Shown here one piece after another: positions 32,024 through 44,800 of a stretch of 64,000 bases of DNA; the stretch's first letter is position 1; every line of letters starts with the position of its first letter. Under the pieces are notes generated by a model that did not search any database, was not told the DNA's origin, and saw only the letters and a program-made list of their open reading frames with translations. The stretch lies in NCBI GenBank assembly GCA_000004985.1, contig GG738845.1; one strand, 5' to 3'. The translations under genes were made by a program, and so were the position numbers. This DNA comes from Naegleria gruberi (taxonomy: Eukaryota).

Positions 32024-33125
32024 TTTTTATAATTTCACTCCAAAAAACAAAAGAGGAGCTTTGTTTTATAGTTTTTCGCACAGCGAATAATTTCGGATGC
32101 AGCAAGACAAAGTGCTATGAGGACTTGCGATAAGTACTCTTAATGCTCATTGAGTTTTAAACTCACAAATGCTCCATGTATATCACTTAGGTCAATAATT
32201 TGAAAGTATTCCTCATATGGATAATCTTCTACTTTTCCCTGTGTTGAAGCAGCTGCAATTCAACATAATAGTTTTGAAATAGAGATACACCTGATTCCTT
32301 CCAATAAAAGCTCTTGAATTATGGTTAAATCTGTTAATGCTTGTGGATTAACATCTAATGGGAAAGAGAGGAAACAGAAAGAATAAACTTTTATTGTAAT
32401 TAGTTTCATTTCCTCTTTCAGAAAACAGAATGGATCTATCGATATCTATTGAAATTCTTTCAATCAGATGTTTCAAATTTGAGATAAGGTTACAATGAGA
32501 GGTGGTGATATGTACATGGGTAAGGAGTACAAGAATGGCCTCAAAGATCAACAATCTTCTTCACATAAAACATTTGTTCCATCAATTGATTTGTCGACTT
32601 GTGATCTATCGATCTTAATTGTTCAAGTGCTTGGGACATGTCTCTTTTACTAGGCGATTTGTATCGAAACGAGGAATTAGAAGAAGGTGGCAATAATGCT
32701 GAAGAATTATTCAAACCGTTAGTGTGATCTGGCATCGTACGTGTTGATTGAGGTGTTTTTTTTGTACAATGTTTATCGTTGTTAAGGCGTAAACTTGGAG
32801 TGTTGTTTTAAACAAACACCAATTCCCCTATTATCTACAAAATAGTGAAAAACATCTATTTTTAATCAAGGACATTGTACGCCATAGAGATGAACAATCT
32901 TACAACATTAAAGGTTCACCAGTTTTAAATTGAATTTGATCAATAAGGTCATCATGAAAAGATACCACAAATACAGCCCCGGATAACTATGTCTAGGCAA
33001 TACCATTTAGAAATTGCTTTCCTTTTTCTGATGTTGGATTTTGTGCTCTGTAAACGTCGTTAGATTCCAAATAACATTGAGGAATTAATTGATTGTGAAC
33101 AAGCAAAGGGCAATTCATACAAGGT

Positions 33126-34280
33126 TTATTCATGCAATTCCAAAATGAAATCATTCAATTTGTTTGCAACAAATTTCCACTCAACATCCAAAACCATATT
33201 GTGACCTACTTGAACGCTGTTTGGAATTAAAACAGAGTGAACTTGATGATGTGGTTTAGAGTCCAAAATTAATTTCCAAAATTCCACAATCTTTTCAAAC
33301 TGACCAACTGAAAAGAAGGTATCCTTTTCAATACCTAACACCATAATATTAAATCTTCTCTTGCTAAAATATTCCATGATTGGTGTAGGATTCAATGAAC
33401 AAGTAAGGGCATCAAGATAATAAATGATACTCTCTGGGTAGAGTGGAACTTGTTTGGAGATTTCTTCAATTTGAGACTCACTTGTCTTTTCATGGTAGAG
33501 GAAATGTTTGGTATGTTTGGTTGTTTTGGTGACAAGTGGATCCAATCTTTGAGTGAGAACCATATCCAAGGCAATACTAGGGTCATATAAAAGAGAAGGT
33601 AAAATATTGTCAAATCTGTGGATTGGAGGAATGGATCCTAACAAGATTACAGATCTAATGATAACACTCTGATCATTTTTCGAGGCGAGAGATTCCAAAT
33701 ATTTCTGACAAACCAAGCCACCTAAAGAGTGACAAACAAGAATTACCTTTTCACCCTTGTAATTGTTGTCAATAATTGTTTTCAAATCTTTTACATAATC
33801 ATGCAATCTCAGCCACTTAATATATTCGGAATGACTCGATTGACCATGTCCAGTCATGGAAAAGGCACCAAGTGATTTAATATTTGGATTTTCAATCTTT
33901 TGAAAATATGGGAAATAATTAACAAGCCATTCTTCCTTTCCTCCAAAGGCCCCATGCACAAATAATAAATTATAACCCTGATTACTGGGTAATTTTTCAT
34001 TATAAACTCTAGTAAAATCCAACTTTCTAGTTTCCTCTTTAATAAAAGAAAATTCTTCATTAGTAATAAATAATCCCAACAAGACGCTAACTAATACAAT
34101 CACATAGCTTAAATTTGTACAACAAGAAATGAGAAAGGATGGCCCTTCTCGTTGAGCTCTTTGAATTAATTTCCTATCGGAATGTTCTTGGTGGTGGTGA
34201 TGATGATCGTGGTGATGTTCCTCCGAAGAGTGAAGATCTTCAATTTGATTTCTCTTTCTGAGTGTTGGTGTATTTTGCAT
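33126..34280 (-). CDS. alpha/beta-hydrolase (lipase/esterase-type GHSLGG nucleophile elbow) with N-terminal His-rich tract and TM segment
   Basis: CHSLGGLV matches the GxSxG serine-hydrolase motif. The N-terminal EEHHHDHHHHHQEH is followed by a hydrophobic segment. Start taken at the internal ATG (MQNTPTLRKR). Confidence 0.6.
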   Translation of the reverse strand: MQNTPTLRKRNQIEDLHSSEEHHHDHHHHHQEHSDRKLIQRAQREGPSFLISCCTNLSYVIVLVSVLLGLFITNEEFSFIKEETRKLDFTRVYNEKLPSNQGYNLLFVHGAFGGKEEWLVNYFPYFQKIENPNIKSLGAFSMTGHGQSSHSEYIKWLRLHDYVKDLKTIIDNNYKGEKVILVCHSLGGLVCQKYLESLASKNDQSVIIRSVILLGSIPPIHRFDNILPSLLYDPSIALDMVLTQRLDPLVTKTTKHTKHFLYHEKTSESQIEEISKQVPLYPESIIYYLDALTCSLNPTPIMEYFSKRRFNIMVLGIEKDTFFSVGQFEKIVEFWKLILDSKPHHQVHSVLIPNSVQVGHNMVLDVEWKFVANKLNDFILELHE

Positions 34281-34459
34281 TTTTTTAAATTTTGAATAAT
34301 AACCTAATGTAAACAATAGTAAACAATAGATGAAATTTGTAGTTTTTAATATCATAAAAATTTCTATTAATTTTCTTATTGAATTATACAATATATCAAT
34401 GCTCCAAGAAACCTTTGAGTTTTCTGTTCACCCAACATGAAAAAATTCAATCAAAAAAA

Positions 34460-35641
34460 ATGTTCAACAATAATTCATTGCGTAAAGTTTTAAATGTTAC
34501 CCTTGCGACTCATCACACTTCCGTTTCAACATTTGGCTTGTTTTCATCACGATGGAATTGCCTCTCGAGACGATGCTATGCGACAGTAGTTACTAAAACT
34601 ACTACAGCCAACACCAACACTACAATAACAAACAATCACTCTCAACAACAAATTGATATTCAGCAAACACCAATTTTAAATAGTTCCACGAAAATCCAAA
34701 TATCCAAGAGCGGGAAGATTTATACTGAAACGAATTTAACACCTGGATTACAAAAATTCTTGGAAAAATCCAGAATCATTAACAGAGAGTTAGCAAAAAG
34801 TGGAACACCTGAAAATAAGGACACCAAATTGGATAACGATACAGATGCTCATTTACAAACATTATTACTGAGAAGTGTCACTCATGCATCTTATGGAACT
34901 GGTAAAGTTAGGAGTCAAGAACGATTGAGTTTTATTGGATCATTTGTATTGAATATGGTTTTAACAGAAATAATTTCTCAAAAGTATATGGTTAATCAAA
35001 ATAATTGTGGACGCGAGAATTTTAACACTGTCAATCTTATCAAATCCATCTACAATAATAGATCATTTTTGGCCTTTATTGTGGCTAATCAATATTGGAA
35101 TTTGTCAAATCAATACAACAATAAGACAGTTGAAAATGATACTAAATTGAACAAATCATTGAATCAAATTTGTACCAAATATAATATTACAGACTTGAAT
35201 GATAATATAATTGAAGTAGATAACGAGCATTATACATTACGTGTTGTTGGATGGAATGAAATGTCATTCAAATCACAAGTTGAAATTTTATCCAATACAG
35301 TCAATGCTATCATTGGTACTATTTACAGTAAATGTGGATTACAAGTTGCTAGAGAATTTATTGAAGAAGAGATTATAAAGGAAAGACCAGCAGTAGTTTA
35401 CAAAAAGTTATTATTGCTCGACGAACCACAAATGGTACTGAATGATTTAGCCTCCTCTCAATATTATGCATCCATCAAATTCATTGAAGAGTATGTAAAG
35501 GCCAATAATTGTCACAAATGCACCATCTATGTCAAACAAAATGTAATTGGTGATGCCAACGCCAAAGACAATTTCAAAGCTAAAAAATTGGCTTGTTTTG
35601 ATGGTTTGATGAGATTCCAATCCATGATACCATCCTATTAG
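34460..35641 (+). CDS. protein with degenerate RNase III-like domain, possibly mitochondrial ribosomal protein mL44-like
   Basis: QERLSFIGSFVLNMVLTEII resembles the RNase III signature (ERLEFLGDS) with catalytic residues altered, as in mL44/Mrpl3. The N-terminus is basic and S/T-rich, presequence-like. Start taken at the first true ATG (MFNNNS). Confidence 0.4.
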   Translation: MFNNNSLRKVLNVTLATHHTSVSTFGLFSSRWNCLSRRCYATVVTKTTTANTNTTITNNHSQQQIDIQQTPILNSSTKIQISKSGKIYTETNLTPGLQKFLEKSRIINRELAKSGTPENKDTKLDNDTDAHLQTLLLRSVTHASYGTGKVRSQERLSFIGSFVLNMVLTEIISQKYMVNQNNCGRENFNTVNLIKSIYNNRSFLAFIVANQYWNLSNQYNNKTVENDTKLNKSLNQICTKYNITDLNDNIIEVDNEHYTLRVVGWNEMSFKSQVEILSNTVNAIIGTIYSKCGLQVAREFIEEEIIKERPAVVYKKLLLLDEPQMVLNDLASSQYYASIKFIEEYVKANNCHKCTIYVKQNVIGDANAKDNFKAKKLACFDGLMRFQSMIPSY

Positions 35642-35762
35642 AAATAAATTATTTATACCTTACTAATAATACTCATCATCGTTTAGCGTGCTACTACCAC
35701 CTTATTGGCCCACCGTTTTTTTTAACTCTATTAGTAAAAAAAATAGTTTGAGAATAATAACC

Positions 35763-36651
35763 ATGGGGGAAGAGCTACCACCACGTAAAATATTCTTCCT
35801 CTCTCAATTTGCATTTGGGTCAGCTTGTTGTTTTGTGATTTGTTTTATAGTATGGTTGGGAGTGTTTTTTGGAAGCAATTTCTATGGTAAGTTAATATGG
35901 TATGATTGGAATTTTAGTATGAAATTTTGTACTGTAGAAATTAGAGTTAAGGAAACTTTCCTTCCGACAACTTGTAAGGTTAGTAGTGTCTATTAAGACC
36001 CTCTTAAAATCCTGAATCAACAAAAAGGTAATTAAAAGAGAAGTTCTCTCATACAAACACTGTGAAACTAGTTGCTTTGGTTGTAACGAGTGTGAATATT
36101 CTAAATTGCCTTCTTGCAATAATGCTGATTCTTATTTAACCTATAACTCATCTGCCTATTGTTGTGGAGGTTACATATGTTGCAGTGAGTGTGATTGTGA
36201 TGAAAAAGATCGCCACTGTCGATGCTGTCACAGTATCAGTCATCAAAAATGTAGAATGGATTGTTTTGAATATTGGAGGGGAGAAATTACAATGGAATAT
36301 TTGACCGTGGAAAACAAGACAATTGGTTCACTAATGGTTAAGGATTGCAGAAACGAATTTTCTTGCATTGACATGTATTTTGATTTGTGGAAAGTGAATC
36401 AGACTGGACAATGTTTCTATAATCCTATGAGACCATCAGAGTTTGCCACAAAGAATACCTATAACATGGATGCTTTTAGTGCCATGTATGTTTTTGCAAG
36501 CTTTATAATATTATACTGTTTGCTTTGTGTTCCAAGTTGTACTATCTTTGCATATCTTAAAAGAAATAAGAGTAACGGAGATCAATTAACGAATATTCAT
36601 CCTCCAATAACTATTGTTTCAACAGAACCAAATGTGGATTACAATGTCTGA
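35763..36651 (+). CDS. cysteine-rich membrane protein (hypothetical), 3 exons
   Basis: Proposed join(35763..35886,35938..35978,36028..36651), with canonical GTAAGT/GTTAGT donors, AG acceptors and a continuous frame. Dense Cys clusters (CCGGYICCSECDCDEKDRHCRCCH) and two hydrophobic segments. No family recognised. Confidence 0.4.
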
Positions 36652-37649
36652 TAATGTGTGTCTTTTGTTGCCTGTTTGAATTGGCCGTAATTAAATTTTA
36701 AGGTAATAGAAACTAGAGTATGATGAGTAATACCTTTATGAATATATATTGTATTTCCTTTAGAATCTAGTAATTTGGTTACCTTGGTAAGTCAAGTGTT
36801 GTATATTTTCACTTTATTAGTTGTAAATGACTTTGAGAATAAATATATATATATAAACAGTTACAATTTAATTTGATTGCAATAATCTAAATGAAAAGCT
36901 ATTAAAAGTACTTTCTTTTTATTAGAGATCCCATGTTTCCCATTTAATATCGAGTAGTAAAAATATGTAAATTAAAAAATGGAAAAAATGTTGAGTTTTG
37001 GTATTTTTTTAAAAAATGTTTTTTTCAAAAAAATTTCGATAAAAACTAGAAATTTATTAGTATTTCAATGAAAAATACGAATTTTCATACATGCGTTGGT
37101 GGGATATGTTTGTCATATTAGATATTTAATAAAAATAAAATAAAAATTTTCGCATGCATTTATATATATATATAAATACATCCGAAAAAATTTTTGTTGA
37201 AAGTTGGTTTATTAGATGGTTAAATTGGTTTATCTGAAAAATCATTTAAAAGTGATTTAGATATAAAGATAATGAAATTAATTGAAAATTAAGAAGCTAA
37301 AATAAATTTTCAAAAATTTATCGATTTGAAATTTAGAAAAGCTTAACAAAGTAATATAAAAAACCATTAATTTTTAAAAATCTTCTAAAGTTGGTATTAT
37401 CATTATGAAGATTATTGATTGGAAGTAATAATCTTTATGGTAAATCCAAAGAAAATGAATTCAAAGAAAGAACAAACTTTGTAAAAATATTACAAAAACA
37501 CTGTTATTAGAAGTAGTAAAAGTAGAGTGATAGTTGTTTATTAAAACAAAGAAAAACTCTTACAACAAGAAATAGACAACTAGATTCATGGAGGTTGATG
37601 GAGTGATAAGTTTAAAAATAAATGGTCCAACTAATATCTAACATCAATT

Positions 37650-37652
<3 letters not shown>

Positions 37653-37680
<28 letters not shown>

Positions 37681-37681
37681 T
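37653..37681. repeat. (AT)n dinucleotide microsatellite, about 14 units, inside a 2.8 kb gene-free AT-rich island
   Basis: Perfect ATATAT... run. Shorter (TA)5-7 runs at about 36845 and 37163. Confidence 0.9.
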
Positions 37682-39430
37682 TCAAATATCATCATTTGAC
37701 TACTTTCAGCTTTTATTGTTAAAAACATAAATAAATTTCCGGTGTTTATTACAACTAGGTAAAACTGAAACGGTGCTACTAAGTTGATTAAGGAACCAGG
37801 TCAACAAATGATCCTGTCTTGTTCCTGATAGTGATATCCACTTGATATCAACTACCAAGCAATACTACAAAAGCTATTGCTTTAGATAATTGGCTATCCA
37901 AATGAAAATGTCATTTGATCAAATTATCTGTCACCAAATTGGATATGATCAAATGAAATCCAATAAAATAATAAATTATTAAAAAATTATTGACTTACTA
38001 GATCTGAAATTTCTATTGAAATTATTTTGTGTTAGGGTGGGGTGGTGGGAATTCTTTAGCCACTTGTGGTGTGAAAGTGGCAAGTAAATCTTTTAATGAT
38101 GATGCCATTCTTGTAAATTTTTAAAATTGTTTTTGAAATTTGCTAGTTGACACTTATTTTATTGTTGTTAATAAACCTACATAAGCTTAACGCTTACTGC
38201 GAAAAAATAAAACACAAAAAATCAATTCAACTCAAAAACAAATTTTGTGAAAACTTGAATTTAGACTAAACTACCTAAACGGTACTACTAAGTTTACCAT
38301 TGTTACACTGAGATATTATGATCTTTTTTGGTTTTTTCATTTGTTTGGTTAGTCAATTTGAAGTTTTGAAAAAAGTTGAAGCTGTAGTAGTTTTTGGTTC
38401 ATCAAAAGCAGTTTTTGGTAATTCAAATCAAGAAACAAGGTAATTTAGAATTTTCTAATAAAATTAAAGAACCAATTGTTTATTAGAAAATAATATACAT
38501 CATCTTCCTTCAAAACATAATTCCTTAAACATTTCGAGTCTTTCAAACCTAGTTATTTAAAGCTGAAACAATCGGTGTTTTATTTTTGAGACCTGCTTTT
38601 ATAAATATAAATCTTGTACGATTGAATGAGTTTATTGATGTTAAGAAAAGAACATAGGAAGAATATATTTATCACAAGATTCACAAAGAAAATCAAGGAG
38701 GGATTATTGAAGTTCATTTTAAAAACACAAACATGCAATTTTATTGTACCTTAAAAAGAATTTTATAAGCATCCTTAAGACGTTATTTGATTCAACCAAT
38801 TGGTTGAGTAGGTATTTTAAGAGAATATAATGAATAATTTGGAGCATTTTGGAATGAATTTTTTTTTATAAATAATTTGATAAATCATATTCTCAATTTA
38901 AATGTAGAGAAATAGAAAATTATTATGAAGGCTATTTACAACTCATTTTACAGGAAATACTTATATTTAAGAAACGAACTAAGTGTTCGAATACTTGATT
39001 GCCCTAATTAATCATCTGTTCATGTTGTTTTTGAATTGTTGATTTTATCATTAAATAAATCACCAAATCAACAATCAACCAACATGAAATAACTTTGTAG
39101 TTGTTATATTTAAAAGATGTTAGGGTTTTGTTATTTATTGAATACAGAATAATAAAAGAATCAATTTGGTTTTCCTGATGAATTAAAAAATGTGTTTGAT
39201 GTGTCGGCATTTTTGTAATAACTGTCTAATAGAATATAATTTGACAACAAATTCAGGCTAGAAATTACATTTCAATTTATGAAATAAACTTTATTTCATA
39301 TCATGGTTATTTAAAATACAATATCTCAAAAATGGATCTTGTGTATTAAATAAGATAATTAGTTCGTTTCTGTTTTAGGTTTGAAAAAAATTTCAAATAA
39401 AATACCCTTCATTAAATCCAAGTTTAAAAA

Positions 39431-41795
39431 ATGTCTTTCATTGTAAGAGGGGTTAAAGATGGACATTTTATTGCATTACATTTTGATCGGAATAATAATG
39501 AATTGATAGAGGAATGGTTTGAGTGGAATGGTAATGATTTAGCATTAAAGAAATCCTCCATATTGCAATTATTTACATCACATCCTCCTATCAATCAAGT
39601 AGAATTGTTTGAAATATTTAATACAACTATCGGAATGTAGGTAGAATTTAACGAATTATGTGATTTTAATATAATTCATAGATCACAAATATACATGGTA
39701 TCACTATTAAATAATTATCAAACCATGATGATTCATGTAAAATTGTGTGGACAAATGAATAATAATTGGTTAAAGTGTTTTGAAATGGATACAAGTGATC
39801 AATTTAATGAAAAATCTAAATTGGAAATATATGGATTGGATGGGCCTAATTTTATTATGAAACAGGATTCACACTTGTTTTATATTAATTCTAATAATGA
39901 GGTATTATTTACGAATTTAAATGAAGAAGAATCGAGTGACGTGAAATTTAAAATTATTTATTGTGATTACATTGGTGGTGATAGAGATTTTGTTAATATT
40001 GTATTGGCATCGAATAAGAATCAGTACAGTTTATTTAATGTACCAGTTTGTTGTTCTCGTAATGAGTGTTCATTCATTGAGTGGTGTGACAAGATTAATG
40101 ATCAATTTAAACTACCTCAAGCAACTTTTTCAACACATAGTTCCTGTTTAGCATTTCACAACGATTCTACATTTATTGGAAGTGTGGAGAAACAGATATT
40201 AATATTCAAAGATAATTTAATTAATAAGTGTATAGAAATCAAGTCTATTCCCGTTAAAATTAATGTATTGACAATTAATAGCCATCCAGTAAAGGAAGAA
40301 TATCTGATTGTACACACATCCGATAGACGAGTGAGTATAGTTTCACTTCTCGACTACTCTATTCAACAAGGTATGTGTTTCAAAATAGACTATTAATCTT
40401 TAATCTACTCTAGAAATCCAAGGTGTTTTAGAATATCATATTGGGGATTTTATGTATTCAGGTTCTCAACAATTAATTTGTTTTCATACTGAATTGAGTT
40501 TTGGGAAAGTATCATACACACTTATACCTAATATGAACGAATCCATTACTGATGGAAACATTACCATTAAAGAGAAGAATATTAAGGGAAAGCACTTGTA
40601 TTCCGTTCTGAGATCTCTTGCATCACGAATTGAACAATGTCACCATGATTTAACCAAAATTGAGAGCAATACCTTTTTCAAATCTCAATTAATTCAACAT
40701 CAACAAGAGGTCACTCTGGATATTTTGAAAGGTATCAACTCTAGCTCTACCGAAATCGAGGCTTTGGATGAAAATGAAGAGTTGGAAATTGGCACTAGGA
40801 TTTTATTCAAAAATAATTCAATTAATTTTGGAAATACTTTATTCTATGATAAAAGAATAGAAGGAAAAAATAACAAGGATACATCAGATATCACCATTCA
40901 GTATGCTTCTCAATCCTTTAATATTAATCAGTGGACAATAAGAACGATGTTCAATAAGTGTAATCCCAACTTGGATTTATTAATAGTACCAATTTCAAAC
41001 ACTGTTAATATGGAGAGTGAAATATTCAAATCTGAAAACTCTGAAACATCTGATCTCGTCCTGAAAATGAAAACTCCCCAACACTATTCAGATCCAAATC
41101 TCTCTGTAAAGTGTATGGTTATCAAGAGAGATACCACCAACCCAAATCAAACTCAATTCGAATATCTTGGAAGTATTCAACCTTCAAGCACGGATAAACT
41201 ATTTGGAATCAAGCCATCCCCCATAGAAATTGAACAACCTGATATCCAACATGTACAATTCATTTTGATGAGGAACAACAAATCACATTCTGGCACTTCA
41301 ATAGAGCAAATACTAAAAGAGTGCCTCTCCAATGAGCTAGGTATGAATATTTCAGAAAATCCTTCAAAAACTGACTCGCCAACAATACCGACTACCAATT
41401 TTGAATTTAACACACTCTCTAAGGGTTACAGTTCATCCCTCTACTATCGAGTCCAATATTATAGTGAACAAGTTGTTGAAAATGAAAGTTCATTAATATG
41501 TAATCTATATGCAGATACCAATGAAACTGTCATGTTAGTGATTGAGAAAATTCAACAAACCCTAAAATCTGAAAATGTTATACTCCTTCTCTCACCTCTA
41601 ACAATGATGAACGATCGAAGGGAATTAATATCAAGTTTATCAAGGGAAATCAAGCACGTCATTTTCAAATTACACGATCATGTTAAAAAGATGACACTAA
41701 TGAACCCACAAGAGAGGGAAATTCAAAACGACATTCTTATCTATCTTCAATTACAAATGGAAAGTGATAAGGTAATTTCAAAATTATTGGAATAA
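39431..41795 (+). CDS. hypothetical protein, 3 exons, about 758 aa
   Basis: join(39431..39636,39682..40370,40414..41795). Donors are GTAGGT and GTATGT, with introns of 45 and 43 nt. Frame continuity links ORF-track pieces 39431, 39695 and 40452. No domain recognised. Confidence 0.6.
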
Positions 41796-41823
41796 AAAAG
41801 ATCTTTCAAAATTAAAAAAATAA

Positions 41824-44800
41824 ATGAAAGCCATCTCCAATGCCAAAACACGATTCAGTCGGCAAACACAAGATGGCCACAAATCGGATCAATTATTAAT
41901 TAATGATCAAATATTGAAAAATTCAGTATATGAATATGAGCGGAATGTATTATTATTATTCATGTTGCAACAACATTCGGAATTGTTGAATCAGAGTGAT
42001 AGGGAATATATTAAGAATATTAAAAGTGATGATATTGATCATGTTAATGAATTGAGTAATATTACAGATATTCATTACGTTATGAATCATTTAACTAGAA
42101 AACTTTCTATTGATTTGACAAAATTTGATTTGAATAAGAAGAAGGAATTAATTCAAGACACACAAATGATTCATCATCCTCCATCAACAACACAACAAAA
42201 CTTGGGAAAATCTCCAGGTATTAAAAAACCATTACCACTCACACCACAAAATGCTTTCGCAATTAATTCACAACAACAACAATTTGATTCTACTATTAAT
42301 TCATTGGACAATAATCCAGTTAGTATTATCAATACTTCTTCTATTCCTTCACCAACTAAAATTAATACATTTACCGAACCAATACTATCAACACCAACAA
42401 GTATTACAACTTCTGTTAATGAAAGTGGCACATTGTACCCAAGTATTACTACTCCTGTTAATGAAGTTTCCTCTCCAATTGCCGAGAAGAGAATTAAACC
42501 TCTTCCAAAGCCAGCCCTATTAGATACTAAAGAAATCATGTACACAACCATTATGGGAAGTACAAAGGAAAATACTGATCAATTTTGGAAACTTGATAGT
42601 TATAATGAGCTCAAATCGCTCAGTTATGAAATTTTATTATTAAATTCTAATGGTCTGGTAGATTTCAGTGGAAATAGAGAAAATTTGGATGCAATTTTGA
42701 ATACTGTTAGAAAATATTGTGGAGTTTCAAAGAATGAACATTTTGAGATGGTTAAACGAGTTACCAATTCTGCTTCATTTACCAATTCTCTAAATACAAT
42801 AGATAGTGTCGAATATTATCAAACTATTTCAAAAATTAAATTACAACCAAGTACAGATTCCAAAACTTCTCTCCAATTATGGAAACTCATTGGATTAGTT
42901 TTGAAGAATGAAAATTTAGATATCATCAAACAATATTCACAAGTTTTCTATAACAACTTGTTACTATTTTTGAAACAACAAACAAATATTAATTTCAAAC
43001 TGAATAACATTACATTTACCGACATGCAAAAACTGGAAGAATTTTTGAATGAGGAGTTTACAAATTTTGATGACAGCGATTCTATTAATGACATCATTCA
43101 AATTTACACAAAATTGAATTCTGACATTGTAACTCCGCTAATCAAACAAATACCTTCTACAGGTGATTTAATTCCCTACTTGTATCCTTTGAATATCAAG
43201 CTCTACTCTTACTTGTCAGATACTAGAGTGTTGAGCCTTTTAAAGCTGGCCAAGAGTGGTGAAATTGAGATACCATACGATATTGATGATGTTATGAATG
43301 ATGAAATTGATTTGAGCGACATCTTTATTGATCTTATTGAAGATGAAGAAGTAACCAAGAGTTTAAAGTTGCACCGTAAAGTATTGAACATTTCTGAAAC
43401 GATGGACATTATGTGCTATATTGATTCTGTGTTCAGAATGGAACAAAATTGTCAAACAGATACAGATCTACTTTTACTGTGTGATCGTTACCTTTTATGC
43501 CTTTTACAATACTATATCAAACATACCAAATTTTCAAATTATTCAAAAGAGGAACTCTCATTGTACAATAATGTATTTAATAATATGAGACACATTTTGG
43601 GTAATTCACTCATGGATTTCACATCTAGTTATACTATCGATCATGAAGTATTTTCCTCCCATCTCAAACTCTTTAAATATGTCTATTACATTATGCAAAA
43701 GAATGAAAATAATTTGACCAACTTGAGTACAGTATTTGACTATATCACCAAGCTTTCAATGAGAAAGCAATATGAAAGAATCAAATCTAGTAATATGCAT
43801 TCTGCTTCAGAACAAGCAGGAAGTAATAACATAATTGATGACAGTGTTGTATTGGATGAACTGGTCAAGTTTGGTAAAGATATCCTTGAAGAATTATCCT
43901 ACCAACAATCAACCTTCTTTACTTACTTGGGCTCTAAAGATTATTATCCAAATGCCTTTATCGATTCCCTGTACTTGAATTTGTCAAATTATTTGAAGGA
44001 TGTTCAGACAGTATTTTCAAAGTATGTTAAAACAGAAGTTTCTGGAGGAGTTTTTGAAATATTCGAAATATTTGAATCATTTTTGAAAATATTCAATGAA
44101 TACTTGTTCAATGATGAAGAGTTAGAGTTGACTGATTTGGAAAATATAAGAAAAGAATATCCATTCAAAATGTCAAAACTGTTCGAACCAAACATTTCAA
44201 TACTCAGAGTACCAATGAATAATTGGATGAATAACATTCAAAATCAATACTTTAAATATCTGGAAAATTCTGTAAAATTGGAAAAGTTTGAACCTATCAG
44301 TCAGGAGGTTATGTATTCCTCTTCACATGTTGACCTTTTCACATTCGTCAGACAGGGTTTACCAACTCTGTACAAGTTGTGCATGCCGAATGCTATGGAA
44401 TATTTCAGACATTTTAATCAATGCCTGTCTGGACTCATGCAAAGGTATTGTGTCCATATGGTTCATAACTTGCCAAAAGTTGAAGATTTTATTCCAAAAA
44501 AGATACAACCATTTTCTTCAATTACAGTAAACACTTCAGGTAATGGTGTTCTCAAAAAGCTAATGTCATCAGGAGAAACTGCTGACAACACCAATGGATT
44601 TATAACACCAAGATTTGAATCAAATGGTATTAGTTACGAAGAATTGTTTGTGAGATTGGCCAATTTGGTCAACACTAGAAGACAATATATCAAGGTTGTG
44701 AAGGAACTCATTGAAAAATCAGATAATTACCGCTTACTCTTTGTTGGTAAGACGAATACCAATAGTACATCTCTTCCAGCAACGTTACTCCCTATTGATT

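Noticed and set aside
38975-39000. GTTCGAATAC resembling a tRNA T-loop
   Set aside because: No flanking acceptor, D or anticodon stems, and the surrounding sequence is AT-only. Not a tRNA.
41795-41824. Joining the 39431..41795 gene and the 41824..45459 ORF into one gene through a GTAATT...AG intron
   Set aside because: The only candidate splice (GATAAG|GTAATT ... AATGAAAG|) changes frame relative to the downstream ORF. No frame-preserving junction was found, so they are kept as separate but closely packed genes.
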